A stretch of DNA of 64,000 nucleotides, taken from positions 1,059,955 through 1,123,954 of the forward strand of contig NW_003314275.1 in the NCBI RefSeq assembly GCF_000143415.4. Direction: 5' to 3'. Of the stretch, positions 28,616 through 39,409 are shown in pieces. The first letter of the stretch is position 1, and each line of letters opens with the position of its first letter. The notes under the pieces are model-generated. The model worked only from the letters and a program-made list of their open reading frames with translations. It ran no database searches and was not told the DNA's origin. The position numbers were made by a program, and so were the translations under genes. This DNA is from Selaginella moellendorffii (Eukaryota > Plantae > Lycopodiophyta).

Positions 28616-29799
28616 CTTTCCACTTATTAATTAGGGCCAGAAACCCTGCACAATATAATATAGAAGTTCCTTTCCTTTTTGTTACACGCAAAGTATATTC
28701 TCTTTCAGAAGTGATCGAGATTTTGAACGGCTTCTAAGAAAAGTGGATGCCACGTCACTTTTCTCTTGTCCAGGTACGTGTGTAGAATGATGTATCGGAT
28801 CACAATCCAATTTTCTCTGAAACTTCAAACAAATGGTCCTCCGTCAAATTTTCACTTGATAAACTTGGAGTATGTTTCCATTTCTATTTCTTTTTTATCT
28901 TCTAACCTTTTTATGAAAGCAAGGAGAAAAGCCTGGTAGAACCGGTGAGTAATTTTTTGCATGATAAAGTTCCTGATACAATAGCAAGCTAGTCGATCTA
29001 AACGCTATATTCTAGTAGTGACTTCTCGTTCTCTTACTTTGCTGCAACAAGAGCTGTCGTGAGGAGATTAGTACACATTAAGAATCAATGCTTTGCAGAT
29101 ATTGCGTGGCCCTTTTTCGCCTTGGCAGCAACATCAGCTCTTGCGCCTTACGATCATTCCGACACGCTCAATTGCGTTGTTAAGCTTCCTCGTTTTTGCG
29201 TAAAGTTTAGTGTTTGTCTCCTCTTTTTTACCAGTGCCTTCTTTATTTGAGCTTGTTTCTTCCTATAATTTCTTTCGGTTTTCTTGGAGTTTCAGTTTTG
29301 TTCTTTGTTGTTATTCCTCTCTTGAGACTTGGGAGCTCGTCGTCCTCTTAGTGTGGCTGGTTTTTCTTGAAAATCCTTGTCCATTACATTGTGGACATTG
29401 TCCAGCTTCCTGTTTAGATGACAAAAATTTCAAAACGAGCCAAACATCTCCTGCTCGGTTTTCCAGTCTCCCCAGCTCGCGAATTAACAGGCGAGCAACT
29501 GTTTATCGGTTTTTTCTCGCTCGAGCCTGAGTAAAAAAGCTTACACGACCATCAAAGCTTGTTGAAATTTGCAATGTAACAACATGCTCACACACTAGAC
29601 AAAAAGGCAGGGTAACACTTACCTGACAATTCATAAATCCCTTTACCATTTCACTAAATGAAAGAGTTAGTGAGCGAGATAGTCCAAGCGCTGAGAAAAA
29701 GAAAGAGATTCACTCACCGGTCTAAGCGTTCAAAGCAAGAAGACATCCCTTAGTATGAGATGGGAGTGAGCTTTTGGAGCGGCAGAGCTGGCAATCTGC

Positions 29800-29970
29800 T
29801 TAGCGTGCAGGAATCAATCTATACCGTGAGGTCGAAATACAGCCACCCACGAGAGTGCTCCACAAGACCAAGTTCTTTGGAGAGATGGGCTTCCTCCGCC
29901 TCGCCCATGCTCCCAAACCTTGCCAAGTAATCCATCAGCGAGTTGGTCATGCACACGCGGAAACCTTTTA
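29800..29970 (-). pseudogene. PPR remnant
   Basis: CMTNSLMDYLARFGSMGEAEE resembles a PPR motif. Confidence 0.45.
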
Positions 29971-30368
29971 TTATAACAAGGCTGGTGATCCTTAAGGTCG
30001 TTCTTTGTTCTAACCGCACTATAATATTTGGAGACATATGACAGTTCCAAAGATCGTGGAGGACAACTTTGAGCTGGTTCTTCTAGTCTAGCCTCTTCAC
30101 ATGGCGATCTTCTACAACGAGAAGTACAAATAGTTATAGATATTGAATTACAAATGGATAGATACTTCAGCTAAATACTATATATACATGGCATAAAGGT
30201 GTTCTTTGCAGGTGGAAATGGAGTGCCTGGCCAGGAGTTGGGTCATGATTTGGAAACATAGTCGTATGCTTCTCAGTTGGACATGACTATAATATATATT
30301 AGAGGAGGCTGCTCAACACGGGCTCCATAGTTTAAATTGTTGGATTAAATACCTATTACCTCTTGAAA

Positions 30369-31460
30369 CTATACAGAAACAGTAGAGACTCTGGTGTTCA
30401 TGCCACAGACACCAAACCCCCGACACAGCCTAAAATATCCATCTTCACCATAGTTCTAGCTCCAAGATCCAATAGGGCTTATCACCATGTCTGCCATATC
30501 CAACAAGGAGCACAGCATGGTTCATGTTGTCCCGACCGGGGCAAATGCGAGGGCAAGAAACTCCACCCACGTAGTCTTTTATGTAATCTGCATTGAGAGC
30601 AACTGCAAAAACCACAAACCACAATGTCTCGTCAACTTTTGCCAAAGAACAACATGCTACTTACTCGAAAGAGGCCCATTTTTCACAAGATGTGCAGCAA
30701 TCTGGTTCTCATCCTCAGACACAGTGGAGTAGTTTGCAATGATGGCAGGGCATCGGTGACCGGGAAACATATACTTCCTATAGCCTTCTTCATTGTAAGG
30801 ATAATCTTCCTCAGCTTCAAGACCCGTGGCTTTAATATACTTGTACGCATTTAACATGTCACCGCCTTTGCAGCCACCATCCTGGTTCCAAGTGGATAAT
30901 CATGGATCAGAATTGCCATTATAATTCAAATCAAGAAAGAAATTACCATGCGATCACAGTCAATCAGCTGCTCCTCGTTTAGGCTAATGAGCTCTCCAGT
31001 CTTTAGAAAGTGGGCACCTTCCACTGCTCCTGTGCTGCTAAAAGTCCAGCAAGAGCCGCAACTTCCCTGGAACTTTTAAAGGTGAGACCTTAAGATCATC
31101 CAGAAAACTAACTTACCTGGTTCTTCACGGGGGTCACTGCACCATGCTCCCAAACTCTCTGGCAAGTTATCTGTTGCAAGAAGTGGAACCTGATCTACAA
31201 GCCTATTGGAAGGTACCCTTGTACGGAAACCCAAAAAACCTGTGGTGTGAGGTCCGAGAAGCGCGTTATCCCATGTACCACGGTGGGATCTTGCTTGTGG
31301 TGCCTCAAAGCACGTACAAGGTTTTTCTCAAAGACCTGGAACTTATACTCTTCATCTGTCGAGTAAACTTTGTGAAGTGGCTCTCCACGTTCTCCAATGC
31401 TGTTGCGACATTCACTTCCGCATGGTCTATCACTTGTCGGATTCCAGGCTCAAAATTGTT
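30369..31460 (-). pseudogene. RD19-like papain protease pseudogene (diverged paralog)
   Basis: GSCGSCW, GGDMLNAY, NHAVLLVGYG present; exon 1 fragmented, exon 3 deletion, frameshift after YWIL removes the catalytic Asn motif. Confidence 0.85.
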
Positions 31461-31868
31461 GCAATGGATTTGGATAGCATATTGCCAAACACTTAGCACA
31501 TAAACATATAACCGTGAAGAATATTCCTCTAAAAATATCTCCGCGAAATGCAAACTAATCCGTTTTAACAACGCCTAAAATATAAATAATCCATTTTAAC
31601 GATGCTTAAAGAAAGATTAAAATGCAATAAAGAATAAGCGTGAAAGCTTGGAAGATCGAGTGGCTTTCTTCTACGAGCGGTGGACGATCTCGAGCAGCAT
31701 CGCGTCGACTCCTGATCCAGGCAGTGATCGCCGTGGAATGACCGCAATCTCCCGGCCTGGAACGCGATCATCGCCGCGCAAACGCAAGTTCGCAACTTTC
31801 CGCAGGCAAAAAGAATGTTTATTCATCGATCAAACAGCAAAGAACATTAATTTCGAAAAGAATTCAGC

Positions 31869-32391
31869 TTAGAGGGATGTAGTGGAGACACGCTCCACCT
31901 TCCCCCCGTTGGGATCAACCACGAACTTGTCACAGACAGGATTCGCACCAGGGATCTTCTCGCGCACCACGATGACATGGTCGGTCATCTCGAATTGACC
32001 CCAGGCAGCGACGACCAGAGACGGAGTGCATGCGCCGAGAATGGCCTTCAGCTCGCCCTCGCGCATCCTGTTAAATCCGCCACAAATTCCTAAGCAGCAA
32101 GAAAGATTGTAAGAACGAAGATCATGCGCGAGAGAGAGAGAGAGAGAAGAGAGATCTGCAAACAGAAAGAAAGATACATGCTCCAGAGAAGATCTGCAAA
32201 ACAAACGGATTGAGCAAGACCGGGGTGGCGCGCGATCTGCAAAACAAGCAGGACGAGAGACTATCACCGCGCGCGCGCGAGAGAGAGAGATAGAGAGAGA
32301 TCTGCAAACAGAAAGATACATAAAACAAACGGATTGAGCAAGACCGGGTCGGCGCGCGATCTGCAAAACAAGCAGGACGAGAGACTATCAC

Positions 32392-32436
<45 letters not shown>

Positions 32437-32692
32437 GAGGGAGAGAGAGAGAGGGAGAGAGCCAGAAACGAGTAAGACCCTGGAGCTGCGGATCACTCAC
32501 GCCTCCCACTGCCACCAGAGCTTCTCCCGCAAGAGCTGCAAGACAGAAAGTGTGAGATTGAGAGAGCGGAGAAAGAGAGAGAGGGAGAGAGAGAGTAGCA
32601 AACCGTGGAGCTGAGGATCGCTCACGCCTCCCACTCCCGCCAGAGCTTCTCCCGTCAGAGCTGCAAGAAGAAAGTGTGAGATTGAGAGAGCC

Positions 32693-32727
<35 letters not shown>

Positions 32728-32759
32728 GAGAAACCTTTCTCTTGCATGCTTGCCGCCAT
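31869..32759 (-). CDS. Uncharacterised small spliced protein, copy 2 (119 aa; exons 32735-32759, 32604-32660, 32479-32535, 31869-32089)
   Basis: TATATAAA at ~32823-32830; MAASMQEK-ALTGEALAGVGGVSDPQLH-ALAGEALVAVGGVSDPQLQ-GICGGFNRMREGELKAILGACTPSLVVAAWGQFEMTDHVIVVREKIPGANPVCDKFVVDPNGGKVERVSTTSL; all introns GT-AG phase 1. Confidence 0.72.
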
Positions 32760-32954
32760 AGCCTAGCCGTAACTGCGTCGGAGGAGAAAGGGCAGTGGTA
32801 GCTCGGGCTGGGCTTAGGCCGTGTTTATATACACCATTACAGCTGAATCCGGACAAACCAGTAGCTTTCGCTCCATCATAATTACTCGTAGAGCGTAGAG
32901 AGCGTACTCCATCCAACGTCAACATTGGTAATGTGAGAAACGGCCACACCATAT

Positions 32955-33630
32955 GGTTAGCCTAAAGTACCCATCTTTACCAAATTCATCAGTCCAAGAA
33001 TTCTTCATGGTCCATTCTCTATGCACAGGGCAAATGCGCGGGCAAGCAAACACTTGATTATTGTGACAATGGCCCGTTCTTCACCAGATTTGCATCTCAG
33101 ACACCCTTCAGTAGTTTGCAATGGTGGCAGCCACCTTGCTGGGCTGGTAAACAGTGTCTGTAGCCAAGTTCTTCACAGAGTTGCTGCAGCGAGGACGTAT
33201 TATCCACTGAGATAATCTTCCTCAGCTTCCAGACCCCTGGCTTTGACGTGTACTTAGCATGTCGCCACTCTCGCAGCCGTTATCCTGGAGAATAAAGATC
33301 ATATGATATCACTGTAATCACAATTTATCAGCTGGTGGCGAATGAGAAAGTTGGCGCCTGCAAGACCAGCAGAAGTTTCAGACTTGTTTAATAAAACCCC
33401 ATGATCAAATCAACATGAGCTTATTGGAGTACGCCTTATGGAATTCCATCGCGGTAACACTTCAGGGGTGAGGTCTGAGAAGCTTGCATATACTCCTCTG
33501 TAGTCCCGTAAACCTTTAAGTAATTGTCTGTCACCTGTAGAACTCCTCCAAGATCCAATTTATTTTCTGAAGAGCAACATAATATCCCTTTTTGTTATTA
33601 CTCGTATATTCTCTTTCAGAAGTGGCTCGT
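32955..33630 (-). pseudogene. Deletion-riddled remnant of the RD19-like protease
   Basis: Patchwork of blocks colinear with 27470-28712, including its upstream region. Confidence 0.85.
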
Positions 33631-33890
33631 ACAACTTTTTCTGTGCTAGACAAGAATAGCCACATCACTATCTGAATCAGATGCAATCACCACCCAGATC
33701 GTCCAGTACAAAGGCTCTATCATTGTACCACCGTCTTGGCCAAAAGCTCCTCCAAAAAACTTCGACCCGCTTACTCTAGAATCCAGAATCTGGCTTTTGA
33801 TTGAATAAATGAGAAACCTTGAAGTATGATCTGAAATTTAAAACCTACATACTATAAAACATAGGAAGCACTTACTATATACATGTTTCT

Positions 33891-35492
33891 TCACAGTCTT
33901 CTAGCTTTGAGAGTTGCTCTCAGTGGTTGTTTCATCACCACAGTAAACTCTTGTATGGGAGTTAGATCCACTGCTGTCTCGCCGGGCACTGTGTTCCACT
34001 CGAACTCTTGCACGAGACGAGCAAGGACGAGATGGACGTGGAGAGTCGCTAGGCCGAGCCCGGGACAGATCCTCCGCCCGGCTCCAAACGGGATCAAGTT
34101 TAGCGCCCCGGACGAGGCCGTGAAGTCGGCACTGGCACCCGGCCCCTCGAGAAACCTCTCGGGCTTGTACTCGTCAGGATTCGTCCACAGCTCCGGATCG
34201 TTGTTGATGGCGTAGATGTTGAAGAGCAGCGTTGCATGGACCGGGATATCGTAGCCTCCGAGCTTGCAAGGCTCGGTCACTGCGTGAGGAAGAGTGGTGT
34301 AGCCCGGTGGATGCTTGCGTAGAGTTTCCTTGACGACGGCCTTGAGGTAGACGAGCTTGTCGATGTCTTTCTCGGTCACTGGCTTATCTCCAACGCTGGA
34401 ATGGATCTCCTCCAGGAGCTTCTTCTGGACGGCCGGGTGCTTGATCACGTTGGCGAGCGACCACTCGAGAGTGTTGGCGGTGGTGTCGGCTCCGGCGTTG
34501 AGAAACTCGGAGCACAGCACGATCAAGTCCTCGTCCGTGAGCTTGAGCTGATGATCCTCTTGCCGCTGGAGCGAGAACAGCGAGCTCAGGTAGGAGTTTT
34601 GATCGAGCTTGTCCTCGGCTGCCAGGAGCTTGGCCCTTTGGATCAGAGGCAGCAGGAGCTCCCTCCTCTCTCCGACGAGTTCCTCCAGCTTCAAATCCCT
34701 CGGCGATCGCTGGACAATCTTGAGAAGCGGGACAAAGTCGCTCATCCTCCCACCGCGTCCAGCACTGGTGATCAAGTGCCGCAGCATTCGTTCCACACCA
34801 TTCACGGCATCCTTGTCCAGCCACTGCCCAAAGCACATGTAGGAAAGAAGCGAGAAGACGGTGAACCTGAGCGTTGCAAGAACCGGTACCGCGCTGCTGT
34901 CCGCGCGGCACTCCTTATCTACCGCGCGGTACACCGGACTATCCGCGCTGTACTCCTTGTCTACCGTGCGGTACGATGGGCCGTCCGGGCTGTCCGCCCG
35001 TTGTGACGTCTGGCGAAGCTTCTCCACGAGCTCACTGATAACGCGCTGCCTGGCGGGCTCAAAGGCGTGGACGCGGTGTGGGCTCAAGACGTGGCTTACC
35101 ATGTTGCGCCGCACGGTACGCCAGTGATGACCATAGGGCGCCGCGTTGATACTGCGGCGGTAGTTGCTCAGCCGGACCTGCCGCTCGGACAAGGATGGCC
35201 GCGACGAGAAAATGGAGCCCTTCTCGATCAGGGCCTCGTGCGCGAGCTGCGAGCTCGAGATTACCACCAGGGGCACCGATCCAACGCGAAGTGTCATGAT
35301 CGCGCCGTGCTGCCGGGCCAGATTTTGGAGATTCATGGGGCTCCCCAGCACCGATCGCATCTGGAGGAGATTGCCGAGGAGTGGGAAGCCCCTTGGCCCC
35401 GGAGGGAGATGGGTTCGCCGCCTGGAGAGGAGAAGAAGCGAGGCGGCCAGGATCGCCACCGCCACAGCCAGGAATGCCACCATAGACGCCAT
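33891..35492 (-). CDS. Cytochrome P450, CYP77-like (CYP71 clan), intronless, 533 aa
   Basis: N-terminal anchor, PPGP, AGADTTA, ETLR, PERF, FGAGRRICPG; C-terminal LATLHVHLVLARLVQEFEW typical of CYP77/CYP89. Confidence 0.92.
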   Translation of the reverse strand: MASMVAFLAVAVAILAASLLLLSRRRTHLPPGPRGFPLLGNLLQMRSVLGSPMNLQNLARQHGAIMTLRVGSVPLVVISSSQLAHEALIEKGSIFSSRPSLSERQVRLSNYRRSINAAPYGHHWRTVRRNMVSHVLSPHRVHAFEPARQRVISELVEKLRQTSQRADSPDGPSYRTVDKEYSADSPVYRAVDKECRADSSAVPVLATLRFTVFSLLSYMCFGQWLDKDAVNGVERMLRHLITSAGRGGRMSDFVPLLKIVQRSPRDLKLEELVGERRELLLPLIQRAKLLAAEDKLDQNSYLSSLFSLQRQEDHQLKLTDEDLIVLCSEFLNAGADTTANTLEWSLANVIKHPAVQKKLLEEIHSSVGDKPVTEKDIDKLVYLKAVVKETLRKHPPGYTTLPHAVTEPCKLGGYDIPVHATLLFNIYAINNDPELWTNPDEYKPERFLEGPGASADFTASSGALNLIPFGAGRRICPGLGLATLHVHLVLARLVQEFEWNTVPGETAVDLTPIQEFTVVMKQPLRATLKARRL

Positions 35493-35556
35493 GGTGACAA
35501 GATGCCCTAGCTAAGAACCCTAAAAACAGAGACCAAGAGGGTTTAGGGTTTTAGCG
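35493..35556. promoter_or_regulatory. 64-bp divergent spacer with inverted telo-box-like motifs
   Basis: AACCCTAAA (35516-35524) and TTTAGGGTT (35542-35550). Confidence 0.55.
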
Positions 35557-36798
35557 ATGGTCGCTACGCGCTTGCTGCTTCTGGCCAGGAATTCCTTCGC
35601 GGCTAGACGATCGCTCTGTTGTCACAGGAGTGCCGCATTCTTGGAGCACGAGATTTGGGAGATTTGTAGCCGGCGAAGCTCGGGATTTCCATCGCTGCTG
35701 CCTTCCAGGTATTTTGGTAGCAATGCCGGTGCTGGCAGCGGTAAGGAAGTGGCGAAGGAGGAGAAATCCGTGATCCCGGCCGCAGGTAATTCTCGTGCTT
35801 CGAGAAAAGGGGAAGATCACTCGAAAGCAAATGAGAATATGGAGGACAAGCCAAAGCGAACGAAGAAAGTGGAAGAACCAAAGTTGCCGGCTTCGAGAAA
35901 AGGAGATGTCGAGGAGGTGGCCGATGGAGCGAAGGCTAAACCCAAGAAAACAAAGGTGGTGGAGACCGAGGCAAAGCTTTTAGCTCCCAGAAAAGATCTT
36001 GGGAGTAACGAAGCGATCGAAGCCAAACCAAAGCCAAAGCGATCGAGGAAAGTGAAGGGCGAGGAAGAAAAAGACTCCAGTGTTTCTGGAAATGGCAAAG
36101 AGGTGACTAAAGCGAAGTCGAAAGGGACGAAGAAAGTGCCAGTAGAGGAAGGAATGGAGTCCGAGCTATCAGCTCCAGGCCAGAGGAAAACATCTAAGCC
36201 AAGGACACAGTCTGCAAAGAAGGTGGAGGAAACTGTGAAAGATGTCGGGACAGTTGGTTTAGTAGCAGAGAATAGTATGGAGCTGGAAAAGAAAGTTGAG
36301 AAGAGACCACCAAAGCCAGGGAGGCAAGCTGCAAAGAAGATGGAGCTACTGGATGAAGCTGCGAGGATTGCCGGGACAGATGGTTTAGTAGCAGAGAATC
36401 CATAGAGCTAGAAATGAAGGAACGGGATTGGGTCGTGGTGGTAGAATCATCGCCGCAAAGTTTGGACGTTAGTTTGGATACTAGTGGGACTAAAACTCCA
36501 GAGTTCGTGGAAAACAATCTAGATTCGGAAATAAGCGTACCACTTGTGGAAGAGTCCGGGGCGTCGCAGCAAGCTTTGGACGATGCAGCGAAGCCACAGA
36601 CAACAGAGACTGTGAAGGTTGCTGAGACAGACAACGTGGTTGTAGAAAAAGATTCAAAGGTGGCAGAACCATCGCCAGATCAAGCGAAGACGCAGCATGA
36701 AAATGTGGTCACAGCGGGAGCAAAACAGGATGGCTTTCTTGAGGTGGATGACGAGCTCAAGGAGTTTCTCATGGACAGAAAGCTACAGCAGGAGCAAG
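35557..36798 (+). pseudogene. Truncated duplicate of the TPR gene (N-terminal low-complexity part only)
   Basis: Near-identical to 41070-42330; ~10-bp deletion gives a stop at 36405; cut off at 36798 before the TPR repeats. Confidence 0.9.
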
Positions 36799-36799
36799 G

Positions 36800-37460
36800 T
36801 GCCGACAACTGTCGCAAGCATCAAGTGCCTCGGGTACAAGATTTGATTCCCGGAGACAGTAGCGAAGGTTAGAGCTGTGGCAGTAGATTTTCAACAAATC
36901 ACCAAGATCTGTCTCCCTAATGTGGCTGAGGTGATCGATTGTACACATTTCGAGATTATCCTTATCTGACCAGTTGGCCCAGATGGTGAGGGCTACTTTG
37001 ATCAAAAGCAATGGTACTCAGTGATCATGCAGGGGGTTTATGATGCTCAGAAAAGGTTCTTGAGTATTTATGCAGTTTAGCCAGGTAATTACTTTTAATT
37101 TTTTTCTTCTATACATTTAATTGGTTTATTTTTGTCCTTATGTTCATAACATAAGGGTTTTTCAGAACTCCAAGCTATGCCACAAGATCCAAGCAAGGGA
37201 ATTACTCACAATTCCTCAAAAGTTTGTTTTTAACGAGTGGATTGAGCCATACCTGGTGGGAGACAAAGGCTATTAGCTGCAGCAGCACTTAATGATCCCT
37301 CACTTAGGTAAGTTGATTGTTTTTTTTTTTTTCAATTATTCATTTGAAACAGATTCCCAGTTGATGGTCAGTACAACCAGCAACACCATCTAGCCCAAAT
37401 TGTTATTGAACAAGCATTTGGACTCCTAAAAATGAAATTCATATGCTTAATAGCAATCAT
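36800..37460 (+). mobile_element. PIF/Harbinger (DDE_Tnp_4) transposase fragment
   Basis: LPNVAEVIDCTHFEI, SVIMQGVYD..KRFL, YLVGDKGY*L..HLMIP, YNQQH..AQIVIEQAFGLLKMKF; stops present. Confidence 0.8.
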
Positions 37461-37756
37461 TTTTAGTCAAAAGTGCATTTCGCGGAGATATTTTTAGAGG
37501 AATATTCTTCACGGTTATATCCCAAACTAGTAAAAAGTAGAATATGGAAGATCGAGTGGCTCTCTTCTACGAGCGGAGGACGATCTCGAGCAGCATCGCG
37601 TCAACTCCATTGCGGAATTGCGTTTGCGCGGCGATGATCGCGTTCCAGGCCGCGGTCATTCCACGGCCTGGATCACGCTGCTGCTTTCCAAAGGCAAAAA
37701 GAATGTTTATTCATCGATCAAACAGCAAAGAACATTCATTTCGGAAAGAATTCAGC

Positions 37757-38261
37757 TTAGAGGGATGTAGTGGAGACACGCTCCACCTTCCCCCCGTTGG
37801 GATCAACCACGAACTTGTCACAGACACGATGACATGGCCGGTCATCTCGAATTGACCCCAGGCAGCGACGACCAGAGACGGAGTGCATGCGCCGAGAATG
37901 GCCTTCAGCTCGCCCTCGCGCATCCTGTTAAATCCGCCACAAATTCCTAAGCAGCAAGAAAGATTGTAAGAACGAAGATCATGCGCGCGAGAGAGAGAGA
38001 GAGAGAGAAGAGAGATCTGCAAACAGAAAGAAAGATACATGCTCCAGAGAAGATATGCAAAACAAACGAATTGAGCAAGACCGGGGCGGCGCGCGATCTG
38101 CAAAACAAGCAGGACGAGAGACGCGCGCGCGCGACAGAGAGAGAGAGATCTGCAAACAGAAAGAAAGATACATGCTCCAGAGAAGATCTGCAAAACAAAC
38201 GGATTGAGCAAGACCGGGGCGGCGCGCAATCTGCAAAACAAGCAGGACGAGAGACTATCAC

Positions 38262-38295
<34 letters not shown>

Positions 38296-38513
38296 AGCAA
38301 GACCCTGGAGCTGCAGATCACTCACGCCTCCCACTGCCACCAGAGCTTCTCCCGCAAGAGCTGCAAGACAGAAAGTGTGAGATTGAGAAAGCCGAGAAAG
38401 AGAGAGAGGGAGAGAGAGTAGCAAACCGTGGAGCTGAGGATCGCTCACGCCTCCCACTCCCGCCAGAGCTTCTCCCGTCAGAGCTGCAAGAAGAAAGTGT
38501 GAGATTGAGAGAG

Positions 38514-38548
<35 letters not shown>

Positions 38549-38576
38549 AACCTTTCTCTTGCATGCTTGCCGCCAT
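37757..38576 (-). pseudogene. Small spliced protein, copy 3, frameshifted
   Basis: Same exon structure as copy 2, but a 31-bp deletion removes VREKIPGANP and shifts the last exon. Confidence 0.75.
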
Positions 38577-38799
38577 AGCCTAGCCGTAACTGCGTCGGAG
38601 GAGAAAGGGCAGTGGTAGCTCGGGCTGGGCTTAGGCCGCGTTTATATACACCATTACAGCTGAATCTCCATCATAATTACTCGTAGAGCGTAGAGAGCGT
38701 ACTCCATCCATCTGAGAAGATTCTCACTAAAGTCGTATAATATATTTTGTAAACCGCTTGAGATTATGTCAACGTCAACATTGGTAATGTGAGAAACGG

Positions 38800-39170
38800 A
38801 CACCACATCTTTACCAAATGATATGATATCATATGATATCATTGTAATCACAATATATCAGCTGGTGGCTAATGAGAAAGTTGGCGCCTTCCACTACAGC
38901 AAGATCAGCAGAAGTTTCAGTGATCAAATCAACAACGGAATCCCACCGCGATAACACTTCAGGGGTGAGGTCTGAGAAGCTTGCATATACTCCTCTGTAG
39001 TCCCGTAAACCTTTAAGTGTTTGAAGTGGCCCTCCACATCTTGCACTTCTAAATTGTGTGTCACCTGTAGAACTCCTCCAAGATCCAATTTATTTTCTGA
39101 AGAGAAACAAATCACGAATATAATATCCCTTTTTGTTATTACTCGTATATTCTCTTTCAGAAGTGGCTCG
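38800..39170 (-). pseudogene. Further-eroded RD19-like protease remnant
   Basis: QVTHNLEVQDVEGHFKH..KVYGTTEEY matches the prodomain of 27416-28615. Confidence 0.8.
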
Positions 39171-39409
39171 TACAACTTTTTTCTGTGAATCAGATGCAAT
39201 CACCACCTAGATCGTCCAGTACAAAGGCTCTATCATTGTATCACCGTCTTGGCCAAAAGCTCCTAACCTATCCACACGGCTTGGAAGCTTGCAAAGGCCT
39301 GCTTGATGTCCGGCAGAGGTGATTTTTAGCTTTTGATTTAATGTAATATGAAAATGAGAAACCTTGGAAGTATGATACATACTATATGTTCTACTATATA
39401 CATGTTTCT

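Larger units (their letters stand above)
31649..36798. repeat. Tandem segmental duplication, copy B (matches 37545-42330)
   Basis: Colinear near-identity over PPR remnant, small gene, protease remnant, P450 and TPR 5' part; identity stops at caggagcaag (36798/42330). Confidence 0.95.

Noticed and set aside
32122-32515. ORFs with repeats such as RSCSIRLFY / PVLLNPFVL, considered as BURP-type core peptides
   Set aside because: They lie in CT-microsatellite intron sequence of the small gene; no BURP CH motifs nearby
34384-35514. Overlapping antisense/alternative-frame ORFs over the P450s and TPR (e.g. 42840-43982)
   Set aside because: Shadow ORFs of GC-rich coding sequence with no motifs
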